Shown here one piece after another: positions 13,901 to 29,070 of a DNA stretch of 64,000 bases. The stretch spans positions 34,906,001-34,970,000 of the forward strand of contig CAIIXF020000001.1 in NCBI GenBank assembly GCA_903813345.2, given 5' to 3'. This DNA comes from Owenia fusiformis (lineage: Eukaryota). The translations under genes were made by a program, and so were the position numbers. Numbering within the stretch: the first letter of the stretch is position 1; each line of letters opens with the position of its first letter. A model generated the notes under the pieces. That model ran no database searches and was not told the DNA's origin. It was given only the letters and a program-made list of their open reading frames with translations.

Positions 13901-16900
13901 TTTCTTACTGAGGTGCCAGTAGTCTACAGTGTAGGTGTTTCCACAAAAGAGTTTTTATATTTAGATATCATTTACATAGGATTTAAAATGAACATGAGGG
14001 GGGATTATAACGATATTGATTATATATTCATATGATGATCTGGCTGTCATTTTACAGTGTTGAAAAAGAGAAGATTTGTTTGATATCAACACCTCTAAAC
14101 AAAGCAGATAATTGGATTTTAAAGCTCCAATTAACTTCGACAATGTTAGGCCAAGTTTACTGATCAACTTCAATCATCACTCTTGTAGTTGTAACACACT
14201 TATTCCCACTGACAGACCAAGTGCCATTTCCTAACGAATCCAAAATCTTACATTTCCCATAACAATTATCTATGCCACAATTGTTCTTCCCAATAATGCA
14301 GCATTTTCTTTTATTTCTGTGACTTTTGTTTCAGTTTGATTTGATTAATAATAGATTGTCATAAAAAAGATAAAAGTGATGAGTTTTTTTGTTCTATTAA
14401 GGGGTGTATTTTTTGATTGCTAACAGCTTAGTCATACCGTAATCTAGTTTTTGTTGGAAGTCATTTATTTGAAGACTTAATTATAGAAGGTATAAAAACG
14501 TTGGAATATAAAAACAACTGTTTTTGCAATCAGAAGGAAATCGAAATATTATCCCATAATCTAATTTTTTACCAATCTTATTTAATGTCGTATTTTCCAT
14601 TATGTTCACTCTATGAATAGGTTTCATCAGCATGTAAAACTATTTAGATACTGGTGGTATAATAGAATCACCGTTCAAGGTACACTTTATGGCTAACATC
14701 ATTTTTCTATATCCCAATTTGTCAAAAACAAAATTATTGATTTAGTATAGAGGGAGGTAATTGCGAGTTAGATTGGTTTCTGGTAATTGTGTTTCCAGTG
14801 ACAGATGGATGCATGGCAGGTCAGAAAGGTGTAGCAACGTCGTATTCTACGTCACTAGAAACAGAACTTAATCAAATACACAAATAAAGCAAGAAAACAA
14901 AGGAACTCTAATCTTATTATTCATCTACACATCTCAAAGAGGTGCTCTGTGGCTTGAAATGCATGTAATTTACTGCCATGTTTAAATCAAAGGGTATCCA
15001 TAAATCTAGGATATTGATTAGAATTACCTCAAAAATCATTTATTTTATTCAAATAAGCATCTTAAGGAAAATCTCCACAGATGTCCAAATACTGTCTAAT
15101 TGGAGGCTTCATTGATGCTTTGACTGAAATCTGGTATTGTCTATGTCATTGCCTGGGATTAACATACAAAATTAAATCCATTCTGGGTTATTGCACTTAA
15201 ATATTTTTGATTTGAATATAAATATATATATGCTTAAATATTTTACAGCAATCTTAAATTAATTCTCTGAGTAATTGATTTGAAGAATATATTAACATTT
15301 TTTAAAACTTATATCTAAGATGTCATCTATTGTCATCTATCTTCTCATTTGTCTGCAAGAACTTCTGCAATTTTGGAGTTAATTTCTAGATCCTTTTCAA
15401 TGATTAATCTTCTTGTTTTTCTCAGATCAGATAAGTGTAACATCAAATGATATTTTTAAATGTTGTTTATAGAAAGATATCCATGACCCTAGGATCAGAA
15501 CTAAAAACATTAGAAAACAATGCACACTTAAGAAATATATGGTAACATTGAAATTAAAATACTCAAGTTTTGTCTCGCTTATTTGAAAATGTCAAAAAGT
15601 AAGGGTCAGTTCAATCATTCCCAATTGATCAGTTGCTCATTGATTTTTGTTCTTTTCACCAAAGTATACATGAATATATGTCAATAATTATTCACAAAAA
15701 ACACAGAATACAAACAGCAAAATACATTAAGAGAAGTCATTTTCATATTTATATACCACTTTAAATGAGCAATAAATCATGAGAAATTTGGCCAATCTAC
15801 AACATTTATTGTTCAACTATATTTCATTTTCATTTTATTTGAGTTATGAACATTTTATTAGTGTTTTTTGTTTGTTGTTGTTATAATCTCCATTTTTTGT
15901 GGAAGGTGTTTCGGCGGTTGGTGTTTGGTGTTCATTGGTTGGTGTTTGGTGCTCAGTATTCGGGCTTTGAAACAAATGGCTTTTGGTGACATTTTGATTG
16001 TTAATGCCTTGTCTTATGACCCTGAAGTCCAAAGGCTAGAAGTAATTACAGGCCTCTGAATAGGACAAAATCTATGAAAAATGTATCTATTGTTCAGCTG
16101 AATGAATATTTTATTAATGTATTCCTGTTGAAGCAATCTTGTTCTTTTCTTGCCTAGGTGTTATATTTGTGACATTGATGGAAGCTTTAATGTTTGTTCA
16201 AGCCTTCAAGTGTTTGCATAGTGCTTTGCTACAGACTTTCTGTTTGCATAGAGTATGTTTTAGACAGTCTTACTAAGCTCTTAACATAGGTCCTTGTCAT
16301 CCATCTAACAATAGCTACCTGTCTTTGTAAACGCCACTGTAATATCTTGTTAACAATTTGAAATATAACTTCTGTTTTATTTACGGACTTGGCTATAAGG
16401 ATGTTCCAATCAGATCATAAGTGGCACTTATGAAACATATTAATTATGATGTTGAGTTTTGATCCAGGATTTATTTTAGACTAGAATAGATCAGGAATTT
16501 CTGTATGTAAAAATAGAAGGTTGTTCCATTGTTATTTACCTGGTAGTGTTTGGCAGGAGAAAGTTGAGTTCACGGTTGTCAAACTGTCATCTAAGATGGA
16601 TTGTGAACATTGGAGTAATCTTCATTACACATTCTACACTCAGGATAAATAATGAGCTGTGTGACCTCATACCATCCATTATACAACTACTCACATTTAC
16701 AGTGATAAGTGCGTAAATCAAAACTAAAATTTTACAAAAATATTTCAAAGTTGAATATTTTAAAATCACATTATTGGTAAAGTATTGGTAAGTAATGAAA
16801 CCAACATAAAAGAAATTATATGAAAAAATCAATTTAAGAAACCAATATCAAACTACAAAACTATTTTGTAATTTGATTTTACCTGTGGCGAAGAAATTGT

Positions 16901-19900
16901 TTAGGTGTAGTGATAATGGCATCACCTGGGGAGAAGTAAATGTTACAAGTCAAGTATCCAGGTATAAAGGTAGCAGGCATACCTAGCTCACTATCTCAAT
17001 TAGCTTGCTAAATTGACTGAGTTTTGAAGTAGGCCTTCAAAAGCTTGATCAATGCCAGTAACAAACTGGGAATGAAAATATCAATCTGTTCCGAACCCTT
17101 ATCTGTTGAATTCTCTAAAATCTGAATTACATATAAGCAGTACACTCTCTGGCACATTTTTATAATTCAGAGGATACACATGGTTGAATTATTTTCACTT
17201 TGCTGATTATAGTTTCATCTTTATTAGTTTGGGATTTTAAGAATCGATTAATGTTAAATTTTTTTTACAAGACATCTCAACAACAACGAAAAACAACCTG
17301 GCAATTGTCAGGTATAAAAGCATGATAGATTGCCATGTTTACACCAATTAAGCTGAGTACTATCTCCTAATTGAGGCTTACTTAGAAAAATGCATAATTG
17401 TCTCATAAAATCTGCATCGTAATCTAAGGTAAAACTGTAGTTCATCCTTTATTTAGTGAGAACATAAAAGACAAACTCTCGAAAATTATATTTTTAGAAT
17501 GGGAACATTCTGACTGTTTTGTTTCATATATCACCAAGGTGATGTTATGAATAAGGGGATGTTTACAATAAAAAGTGGATGAATTTTTCACAATCCTACA
17601 AAAGATAAACAAATTAAGATTTATGATCATGAAATTCTCACCTTTAGTCTTACAATAATGGTGCTAAAGACATTTTTATAATTTCTTACTTTGAAATGAT
17701 ATTTTATTTTGCATGAATTTGATGCATCTTTGCATTGAGGAACGATGTTGCATTTATACAACATTGCACAATAAAAGAATCGAGTAAAGGTATGAATACT
17801 TATGTAGTCAACATTTAATTCCTCTATCATGTTTTAAAAATTAGAAGGAAAGCAATAGAGTTATTGAAACCACTTAGATTATGCATATTTTGAGAAGCTG
17901 TTACTTTGCTTAATTTAGTAGTAACTTTTAATGATTTATAAGAGATCAATATATTTTTTCATGGAGGTAGGGTTAAGGTTATCACATTCCAAGCTTAGGC
18001 ATTATAAATCACTTTAATTGTAGGTAAAATCTAATGGCTGGCAATCTTAATGAACTCTCGCAGATAAAGGTGCCATTTACGCAGGTTTAGCACAATCTAG
18101 AATAAATGTTCAAGGTGTTTTACCTATCTTACATTTATGCCACTCTTCTATCTCAAAGTGAAGTTTTAATGGAAGTAGGATTGAATTTCTCTGCCGTAAA
18201 TTATGGGAGGTACCTAAGAACTTAGCCACTTTCAAAAAAACATTTCCGATGGTCATTTTTTGTGGGGTAGAGAAGGCCGGTAAACCAGAAAATGATTTTA
18301 CTTGAGAATCATTTCTCAAAAATCTTTGAAAGTGATAATGAATCAAAAATTTAGATTTTATTGAGAAAATTCTAATTGTGTGATGTCATTGAAATATTTT
18401 GTGTGTCCGGGGATTTGTAGCAGGTTGCAGCAGTGTAATCAACTAACCTGCTCATATCAGTTTTTAGTTGTTTGAACCTATGTTTATTCATCTTTTCTCT
18501 CATTAGAACTAATCTTATCTTAAGTGTTTGCTGTTGAGAAACACGGCTCATCTTTTAGGTGAGTGTCTTAAAAATGCCAATTTATTGCAATGTTCCCAGA
18601 GCTTACCTTGGTAGGTGGAAGACACTTTACCTAGGTACATAGCTCTTCTTAGAATATCCGTCTGCTCATGCTTATTTCACTCAATTTCTCAAAAATTTGA
18701 ATAAATGTATGATTCTCGTGTCTTTCTATATAATTTGGATTGTTAGCCATTTGGCCGTTTTCTTTATTCCTTGTTTAATTCACTCTTTTCCACTCAATTT
18801 TGCATTTTAAAATATGACCATGTCTTATGATATTCACAGGTTTACCACTTCAAATCAACTGGAAGACAAATTACAACTTAAGTACTAGCTGTAACACACC
18901 CAAGCATATCATGAACACCTAAACATAAAAAATGTTAAAAATTCACTCAAGGTATTTTGTTATCTGGTGGAAATAATCAGGGAATGGGAAAGGCCTGTAT
19001 ACTCCTTGAGGTGATTTGATTAGGTACAGACTGGATATTGTTGGCTATTATCAGATGGTATTGATAATGTAGAATTCACTTTCAAGCCTCTATTGTATAA
19101 ATTGATATGATAATTTACTCAATGATTTTTTGTCAAAGTTGTTGCTTCCAAGTAGATTGTTTTTTTGTAAATTGGTTTTTCACTCTAAAATTTGTATATT
19201 TGAATGTAGGTCATTTTTCCATGTTGTTTTATGTTTATGATACTTGAATGAATCAGTTTCTCCTTTAGATTCCAAGGAAAACATTTCCTTACGAGTAAGT
19301 ATTAATTCATAAGTAAAATTGAAAAGTGTTCTTGATTTTAGCATTTTCTGATTTATAAAAGTTCATTCAATGATTTAGTAATTCACAGCAATATGAAAGG
19401 TTGAGTGGTTTGTATATATGTGTAAGGTTAGTTGAATTAAGATAGGGCCTGGTATATTTATAAGTCCCAATGGAAAAGAAAGAGCCATGTCTTCTGGAGA
19501 TAACCCATCCACTTTCCCTTAATTGTCCCCAGTCTCTCCAGGTAGAGAGGTTATCCCATTATATAGCAATTAACAACAATCTAATTAACATCTTTCTTCA
19601 TTTGATATATGATACATTAAGAAACCGTGATAATAACCAGCAGTCCATATGCCCAGATATTTGCATACATACATAAAATCTAATAAAAACAATAAAAAGC
19701 AAATAATAAAAAATTGTCCTCTCGGGGCAGTTCTGTGTGCATCATACTCTAAAGATGATTTATACTAACTTAACAAGACAAGATATATTATACAAGGTAG
19801 TAGTTCTACCTTATATTATTCTGAAACTCATTAGACTTGTAGGTTTTGATTACTGCCTTTATCATTTAAAGACCCTGTAACATGACCAACATACCCTAGA

Positions 19901-22900
19901 GACGTAAAATCGGTAAAAATCGACAAACTCGAAACTATTCATGGACCTATACAACCTCTTTTGATTAATAAAGCTCCTGGCGAACTGACTGTTTTAATTT
20001 GGTTTTCTTCATTACATTTGAGTTTCATTTCATGTCCCTGGCTCAGACTCTATGTTCCTCGGATATTTATTTCTAATTATTTCCAATAAAACTCCATCTT
20101 TTAATACATCTTGTGTTGCATGATGGGAAATATTTCCTCCCGAGGGAAACACGGCCATGAATATGTGCGTCATAAGGAGAGGTAACAAATGCAAACGGAG
20201 GTATACCACGACAGGGGACCTCTGGCTTAGGAAGATAAAACTAGGTAAAAGAATTGAATTAATTGAAAAAAACGCAATATTCTAAGACATATACAGATGA
20301 TCGCATGACTCCCAGCAGGTACTGTATAGGTCACCCTTAGAAGATGATATTTCATTCTTTTATTTTCTTTCAAAATACCAAAGAGAATAGAGGAATTGGG
20401 GATTTTACATCAAACGGCTGATGTAGGAAGATGATAGGCTGAAAACAATGTGTATCATTATTCATTATTCCATAGAGTACAAAGAAAAGAATTCGTTGGA
20501 AGGTACTTTTGATATTTGCGTTTTTGTTACCCGGAAATGTAACCACTTAGCTAGTTAGACAAGACAATAGCCACGTCTTATCATCATTTTCCAAATTACT
20601 TCAACTGCAAGAGGTTGCATGCAGATATGATGTGATATTAAATTATCTTAAGTCAAAAAACAAATGTGCAAATGCTTCCAAATTAGATTTGTGTTAGTAT
20701 TTGTAATACAAGTAGAAGGAAAATGAGGTTACAGGCATGGTGGCTGAACTTTCTTGCTCAGTGTCACACACCTTAAAGGTAGTAGCACATCTGGACAGTT
20801 TCACTTTGATTATTTATGAAGTTTTAATGCTCTTATTGTAAACAGACTTAGGATTTTAATTGATGTAAAGATGATTAAAATTCGCAATTCCAGTCACAGT
20901 GGTTTTTGAGTATAATGCTGATATGCTAGAGGGGGAGGGGGTAACCACATCAGGCAAATCAAAAAACACATTTTTTAATTTTCATTTTATCACTCACTAC
21001 ATATAATTGCATTCTGTCTGTGAAACACAACTTTCTGCTATTTAACGTGAAGTATCAAATTTCTAGTGACATAATGTCTCTTAGTGTGATAACAATTAAA
21101 GAAATATTTTTTAGAGATTTGAAAGGTTGAAATTTCGGCTGAATGCCAGAAATATATGATGTTTTCTGCCGTTTTCTGGAATAGTGATCATCACCTGATA
21201 TACATAAGTAAAAACATTATAACAATGCCTTTCTGCCTCCATGACATAGGAAATGATGCAGATAGTGTTGTTTATCATTAAGGAAAACAAAGTATCAAAT
21301 GACTTGTCAATTTCTCATGATGGCAAGTGTGTCTATGATAGAGGAAACTGCACCTTATCACCAGGTCACAGGCATCTACCCTGACTCCCAACTGAAAAAC
21401 CACACTTCCCTCTGATTTTAACATATGTTTTGATGCTGATATGATCTCAATGACCTCAAATGGAAAATCCATGTTTTTAATAGGTGGCAGGGTTATCCCA
21501 AGGATTTTATCTCAAGTGGGTGCAACATTCTTAATTGCACAATTTAGACCAAATTTAGTCAAAATGTGCCTATTATTCATGATTTTTCTTATTCTTATTT
21601 TCAAGTGGGTGTAAATGGATTCTTCGGTGGGTGCTAGCCTATTTTTATATCTCAAGTAGGTGGAGTGCCCACTTGCTTTAATGCTGGGGAGATCACTGGG
21701 TGTTTGAATTTGTCAGAAAGTATTACATGTATCTCTTGTTTCTAGAGTACAGACAAGGTTGAACACTTACAGAGGGTTTATATTGAGGAATAAGCCCTTT
21801 TAGCCTAAGCTAATTCTATTTATAGATGGCAGTCATATGATAAAAATTCAGGAAATGATAACATAGAAGGTATGGGGATTCTCTAGAGTTTTCACCCTTT
21901 TCTTTGATTCTTTGAAAAAATTATTTTTATTTTAAAAAATTCTTGGGCCGTAGGTCATGATAAGATTGGTATCTATTTAAAGACATCAAAGACATATCTT
22001 TTCCAACTGTTATATAACTGGAAAATGACTAATTGGTCAAGGGTCACTACAGGGCCATACATTACATGTGAATTAGTTAATCTACTTTCTTCTTAGTATT
22101 TCTTCTGAAAGTACAAGATATCTAACATCTATAATTATATTTTGTAGTATTCATTAATAAAAATGTCTGGAGAAAAAACTTTAGAAACATTTTCAATGAT
22201 GTCAAATATAAGTGTAAGTTGGCATATTGGATCAGTTTCTGAGTCTGCGAATAATTTATTTGGGATTAGTTATAAAACTATGTCTGAATGTAGACTCTCA
22301 AATCCTGCATCAAATATCTGAATAGCCTCTAAATATCTAGTTAACTTAACCTTTTATCCTGTATCAGTATGTGGACAATAGTAAACATTGTAATTCAAGC
22401 TGCACTGAAAACAAGCAGTATCTTACTGGTGGCTATATAAACTTATTGACCCCAGGTCATTTTGGTGATTTAAGCTGACCATCATCAAGCCAAATATTTT
22501 AAACAAAATAGCCAATATTCATCTTTATTTTCCATTATTTATGTTGTTTTAAAAGACTAAAAAACTTCATACCAATGATATATAAGATCTTACCTAAAGA
22601 TCTGATGATTTTCTGATTGAATGAGGAAACAGAAATGGTAGCATAATGATGTTAAAATCATAGTATAAATGTGATGTTTTACATGTTGGTTCAATGGGGA
22701 ACTGCTTTAGGCCTAATATTCTTTTCCTGAAAATGGGCTAGACATCTATTGGCTGTTTATAGAGTATTTTCAACTATTTAGCAAGGCTAAACTCCTGTAT
22801 TAAAAGCTACCAATCTGAATCTGTGCCATTTGTATAAGACTCTCTGAAACCACCTTGATAGAGCCAGAGCAGAACAACCACCTTGTAGTCCAGTTCCCGC

Positions 22901-23117
22901 CATGTGCAAAGATTGTTGATCTCCCTCCAGGTTAATTGAAACTCAACACCTCAAACCATGGCCAATTCAAGTAGTTAATCCAGTCTGCTATTAGCTGATA
23001 ATATAAACATAGTGTCAAATACGCAAAACAAAATGATCAATAAGTAATATTTTATCAAACAGTACCATTCCAGAATATTTGAAAACTTCTGGGTCTGTTT
23101 ATTTTGTTTGATATATA

Positions 23118-23759
23118 CAGGGTGTCCCGAAAGTATGGGCCCCCCCCTAGGCAGACATACCCCAATGTTCCCATAGTATGTGTCATATATCATTTTAAAG
23201 CCTATCCAAAGTTACATTGATTTGCCAAGTATCATCGTTCAACTTACAAATGGGAAAAAGTTACAGGCATTTCAAAACTTAGTGTTTGGCCAAAATTAAA
23301 GTTAAAATCAGTATCCTGGAAACACTGCTAACCTGAATGTGACCAAAAATATGGGTGCTATGTTAAAGAGAGGATGGATATTGAGTTGTAAAAAGAGGTG
23401 GGTAAGGGCAGATACTCCAAGGAAACTCTTCTAAAATGCCTTAAAAAGGTTTTATGATGATTATTAAGTGCCGCACCCCTATTTGCAGTGTATTTAAGGT
23501 CATATCTGGAAAGAATTGCTGCTGTTAACATGGCCAAGGGAGACCCGACAACGCTTAATTTTGTGTAAAATTGAACTTTAATTTTGGTAAAACACTACAT
23601 TTTGAAAAGTGTGTAACTTTTTCCCGTTTGTGAGTTGAACCATCATACTTGGCAAATCAATGTAACTTTGGACAAGCTTTAAAATGATATATGACACATT
23701 CTATGGGAACATTGGGGTATGTCTGCCTAGGGGGGGCCCCATACTTTCGGGACACCCTG
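23118..23759. mobile_element. Tc1/mariner-type MITE, 642 bp
   Basis: TA|CAGGGTGTCCCGAAAGTATGGG...CCCATACTTTCGGGACACCCTG|TA, with ~190-bp imperfect TIRs, a TA target duplication and no transposase. Confidence 0.9.
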
Positions 23760-25834
23760 TATATCACTATATTGATATTGATTAAGGACTATAGCCTAGT
23801 AGTTGGGAAAACGAGTCTTTGGAGCTGTGTATGTCATGAATTCATTGTAGGTCAATATGGTTAAGTGATGGACCAGTAATTGCAATCACTGTTTCTATTC
23901 ATGTCAAATGTGTTTACGTTAGAGGTGCCATATTTGGGCATACAAGAGACAGGTTTCGCTGGAGACAAGGAAGTAAAATATGAATCATATGAAATCGGCA
24001 TGATTTGTTTTGAGATGTTTTAACAGATATATGATGTAAAAAAACTTCCACATGAACAACACACCTTGAAATAAGATTTATTATTGAACAAATGTGTTTA
24101 AGAAAACATCCTACATGATACTTCCTAATATACCAAAACACCCTAATTTGAGGGTAAATATATTTGAGGGTACCGTTACACTTTATTGATGCCATCCAGT
24201 TCAAAGAAATATTTCTCAAAACAGTAAATTTCACTTCATGATGACTTTGAAAGTTCTTTTCTCTTTGGAATTCAATCTGGCTTTAATAAAATGTTTAATT
24301 CAAAATGCGTATTTAGGAATGAATGGCTGGTAACCTGGCCAGGTTGATGCATTGTGTTCTATGTAGTAGGTTGATGAGTGACAGCATGTGGTGGACCTGG
24401 AGATAAAATATAAAGGTGGCCATGTATTGAATTGCAAAATAAAGAGGAATGAACAGATATTGAGCAAGCGATACTGCATGAAATGTTAAATAAAAATGAA
24501 TATAGAAATATCACAAAATGGTACTAGATTAAATTAAACTGTTTTAAGACTAGTATTATATTATTTAGAATCAGTTGTATGTCATTTTAAACTCAGTATG
24601 GTTCTTATGTCTAGGTGTAGAAGTAGAAAGTTCTTGGGTTCCCACAGCACACCTTGGATTCTGGCATGTGATTTATCTGCTACAGGCACATGTAACAATC
24701 AGTTTTAACATCGCAATATGACCCTGGCTCCAGAACACAGATATTTGGGGAATTTTACTGATGATGACATCATTGAAAATATGATTGTTGGTTTCGTTGG
24801 AAATCAGAGCCCTGGAAGTTCAGGGAATTTTTATTTTGTTTTGTTGATGACATCATTTACATGTCATTTTGGTTCTGCTAATTGGATAGCACTAGCAGTT
24901 TTATCTATTTCTGAGTATTATTTAATGGTACTAAACATGATTCCAACAATTTTTTCAAATTCAGAAAAAGGTAACATTTCTTTTTGTACTCTTTCAACGA
25001 ATCTGCCACCAAATGTGGGATACACATGCTATGTCATACCAGGCACTCTAAGGTAAAAGTAAAAATCTGTTTTTGATAAGAACTGTTTATGTTATATGAG
25101 CAGTTTGAAAGGCAGACAGGTTGTTGTGTATGGATAGGTGTGGGACGCAAAAATATGAAGTGAAGCCAAGTTCTCAACATCTCATGAACATGTAGAGTAA
25201 CACCCGGGGGGGGGGGGCATGTTCTTATATAAAAAATACTTGGAGAAAAGAAGAAATTTTATAAAATATTAAGAATGCTTGTTCAGTTGTTACACATTAA
25301 TGAAAAGTTCTTCTACTCTGCTTTTGAAATTACCCAGAGGAAAGATTTGAAAAAGACAGATACATGTACAGTGTGACATTGTAAACCTAGGATTATCTCA
25401 AGTATAGAATTACACAAACTTACCATGTCACCCTAGGTGGAAATCTTCAGTGATGCCAAAAATCTCTGATTACACTTTCATCTGGGTAATAAAGGTTCTG
25501 TATGTACAAATGCCTGTTCATTAAATCTACCTTCATATTGGCCATGTGATGTAGTAAATTGAGTGTCCCTTTTGAGGTATTTTACAACAGTGTTGAAGTT
25601 TGCTGAATTTCTCTCATATAGCCCAACAAAACTCTTTATATTTTTTTCTGTTTGTCACTTATTTATTTGTGATTGTGAACTGTTTTATTTTATTTTAATG
25701 TTTGTGATTTTATACAAAGAGAACTGAGAAGTTAATATGTCATGTTGGAGTTAGGATGGTGTCATTGGATCTGGTTCCCAACAGCATGTGGTACATCTGG
25801 ACGATACCTACCTCACCTGACACTTTGCTGCCAA

Positions 25835-26150
25835 TACACAATAACATTTACAATATACAATATTGAAATATACAAATATATAACATAGATACAATATAAC
25901 AAATAAACAAAATGTTTAAATTATATTGCACTCAACATCATTCAATATTTGTATAGTATTTAATCTTCATCATGTGAACTGATAACATTTTCTAATAACC
26001 TCAAATATACAATATAACAAATATACAATACAACAAATAAACAAAATGTTTCAATGGCAGTAGTTTGATGTATTTATATATCTTCTTCAGGTAAATTGAT
26101 AACGTTTTCTTGAAATCTCAAATATACAATATAACAATACAATATATTTT
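25835..26150. repeat. Degenerate low-complexity duplication (AATATACAATATAACAA motifs)
   Basis: caatataacaaat...aacaaaatgttt and ataac(a/g)ttttct...tcaaatatacaatataacaa blocks recur. Confidence 0.55.
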
Positions 26151-27849
26151 ATCAAATGTGTATTTATATTATCCAGGTTTTGAAGATTTTTGTCTCACCA
26201 TTTCATGCAAAAACAAAGTAAAGCTAAACAGAGATTATAAACACTTCAGCCTAATTAATATTCTGTCACTTTGTTACATTTACATGTACCTCATGGATTA
26301 CCTGCCAACTTTGATACAAGAGCCCCAATACACATTAATTACCTGCATATAATTTTCTTATTTGACACCTCATCTCCTAAAATATCATATTTGACAAGTA
26401 CTTTCCGGACTAATCTATTTTCAAATAATTCAGTGTAAAATGCCACTACCCTCTTAATACACTGTTAATATTTATTTCAGAATAAAGCTTTGTAGTAATT
26501 ATTTTCACCATTTGCGGCCATAATTGTAATGTTGCCCACCTTTTGCTGCTTTTCAACCTTTATTCGTTCTGACCAACTTCCTAAACAATGTGTAGATATG
26601 GCAGAATTTCATTTTCAGGATATGTGTATTTTCGTATTCTTACCATTTCATTTATATCTGGAATGCATGTTGAATTTCTCTTTTGATCCACCTGTTTAGT
26701 TCTTGTTCCCCTGCACCTGATACAGCAATGTTCCTATACTGCCATAGCCTCCCTGTTGTTAATTGTAGTTACTCAAAAGTATACCTGGATGAAAATTCTC
26801 TAACATCAAATAATTTAGGGTAAAATACTCCAGGATCCAATTATCAAAATGAAAGATTTAGAAGGTGTATATTTATACTGCATTTTGGTGGGTTTATTTT
26901 TTAAAAGCTTTGAAGACATGTGAGGGAAGATTCACCTGTGCTAGGTAATAATTAGCTAATTGTTTATGATAGGTATATACATCCATACACCTGTACATTA
27001 CCTTACCATATATCATGCATCAGATACCCTTTTTCATATTTTACATCTTTAAGAGAGAGCTTCATCCACACCTCTATTTATCTGAAATAATCCTTTGATC
27101 TAGAAATACAAAATCAAGTTAGGTCTTTCAAGACATAGCTACAGAATGAAATGCAGACACTCATATTTTTGTCTATTTAAACTATTATATACATGGCATT
27201 AATTTCGTCAGAGGGTTGTTACTACTATATGCGTTTTGTGTCCCAAGGGTAGTCTTCCATTCACTTGGATCCCAAAACAGTCTTGACTTTGCACACCATG
27301 TTATTAATTAATTTCTGTAATAATGGATATTTTAGCATACCTGAGTTCCCCTGCCCTTCCACAGGTGTAACATTCTTGATTGTTCCTATTAATATCATAT
27401 TTGTTTGTGTATTGGCATTTGCCTGCATAAATCATTATATGGTGGACTACCATAAGGAGAAACAAGTGAAGATGGGTTACAGTTTTGACTTTGATGCTTT
27501 TAAAATACTATTGTAAAATGAAGCTTTTTATGAATTTTATCACTGTTTTTTTTTTATTTACTTTGAATGCGAAATGTAACATTTTGATTTTCTGACTATA
27601 TATTGTCTAATGATTGGCCATTAGCTAAAGCAAGGAATTATTGCAAAATGTACAGATAAGTTGAGTTTTTGTAGAGAGTTAACAGAAAGTAATACTGCAG
27701 GCAGGATTCTTTGTTCCTATTTTCATCTGTGAGTAAACATAGTTTAACATAAATGGTCAGATGAGCAAAAGCAATTTCTTCATTTCTTTCATCTTGGATG
27801 CTTATATTATATCTGTACCTTCATAGTAAAAATCTTCCATAAGGATTGT

Positions 27850-28288
27850 CAGGTGCCCAGGTGAGTGATACAGGTTTAGAACAGGCTCATTTCACCTGTT
27901 AGGTCATAACAGTTGCATCCTTGGCTCTGCTTCATAGATTCAAGAAAAGAATGCTCTGTAGTAATTACCTGTCAAGGTAAGTTAGCTTCTCGTTAACTGA
28001 ACAGCCAGGTATAGTAAGGTACGGCTCAGGTGTATGCTTTGAAGGTACCTTCTGCACCTGTAGTGCATGTTTTCTGTACATGCTCAAAACAGGTGAAGGC
28101 ATATATTTTGAATCTTGATGCTGAGATTCCATACAGAATTTAGTAAAACTGAAACATAATCTAGGAAAAAGGACTACAAATGATGACCTTAGATTCTTGC
28201 TCCTTTACATGATCAAGTCTCCTGATTTCTTTGGGTGATTTCTAATAAATGCAAATCTGAATTTGGTCTTAGAATGCAGCAGCACCTG
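27850..28288. promoter_or_regulatory. Dense cluster of CAGGTG/CAGGTA (E2-box/ZEB-type) motifs
   Basis: Sites on either strand at 27850, 27858, 27893, 27966, 28006, 28027, 28055, 28090 and 28283, in otherwise non-repetitive sequence. Confidence 0.6.
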
Positions 28289-29070
28289 ATGTCATTCAAT
28301 CAAGCAGTTTAATGCTACCATGGCGCCAGAGTCTTCAGAGTACACAACATGGCGACCCTCACAATGCTGACATCTTCAAATAATAGCATAAAATATATAA
28401 CTATAAGAAAATAAATCTTGAAATCCTATCCTTGTATTTTGGATTCAGTTAGAGATTATATAAGTTAGATTTAAAAAAGTAGGTTTTGGCATCATCCAGA
28501 AATAGGGTTAGTGTTGTTAGGAAGGGTAGATTTATTGGGAGTTTGGTGAGGGTTTATATAGTCACAGGAATGTACTCTTCAATTGTTTGTTATTCTATAT
28601 AATGTCAGGCTGGCTCAGGTTCTCAGGGCACAGCGGGTATAAAGGTCAGAACCAAAGTTTTTTATTTACAAAATCAACCAAAAGGTAAAACTCATGTTTA
28701 CATGCTAAATCTTTGAACTAATTTTTGTAAGGTTTTAAAAGAATTTAGTTTTTATTTCACCCACTCCCTCTGCATTTTTGCATATTCCTGTATATATGTC
28801 TTCAGAAATCCTGATCAGATAATGAGAAAGTAGAGGAAGTAGATGTTTTGATTATTTTTAATGAATATTTAATTGTTATATATTAAGTATGTAGGAGTTA
28901 TGAAACTTCTTTCACTATGAAGAATCTGCAGTTTCCATTTTATCATCATTTCGGTCATACTTTGATATTTCATTTCAGTTGAGTTACAATATGATTTTCA
29001 TTTTTTGTTTATCTAAACAATCCCAGAATATATGAAATGGTTTAAAAAAGACCTATTACATATATATATA

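Noticed and set aside
27690..27715. TAATACTGCAGG resembling the 5' end of miR-8/200 (possible intronic miRNA)
   Set aside because: Only the seed region matches, and no complementary arm or hairpin is evident.
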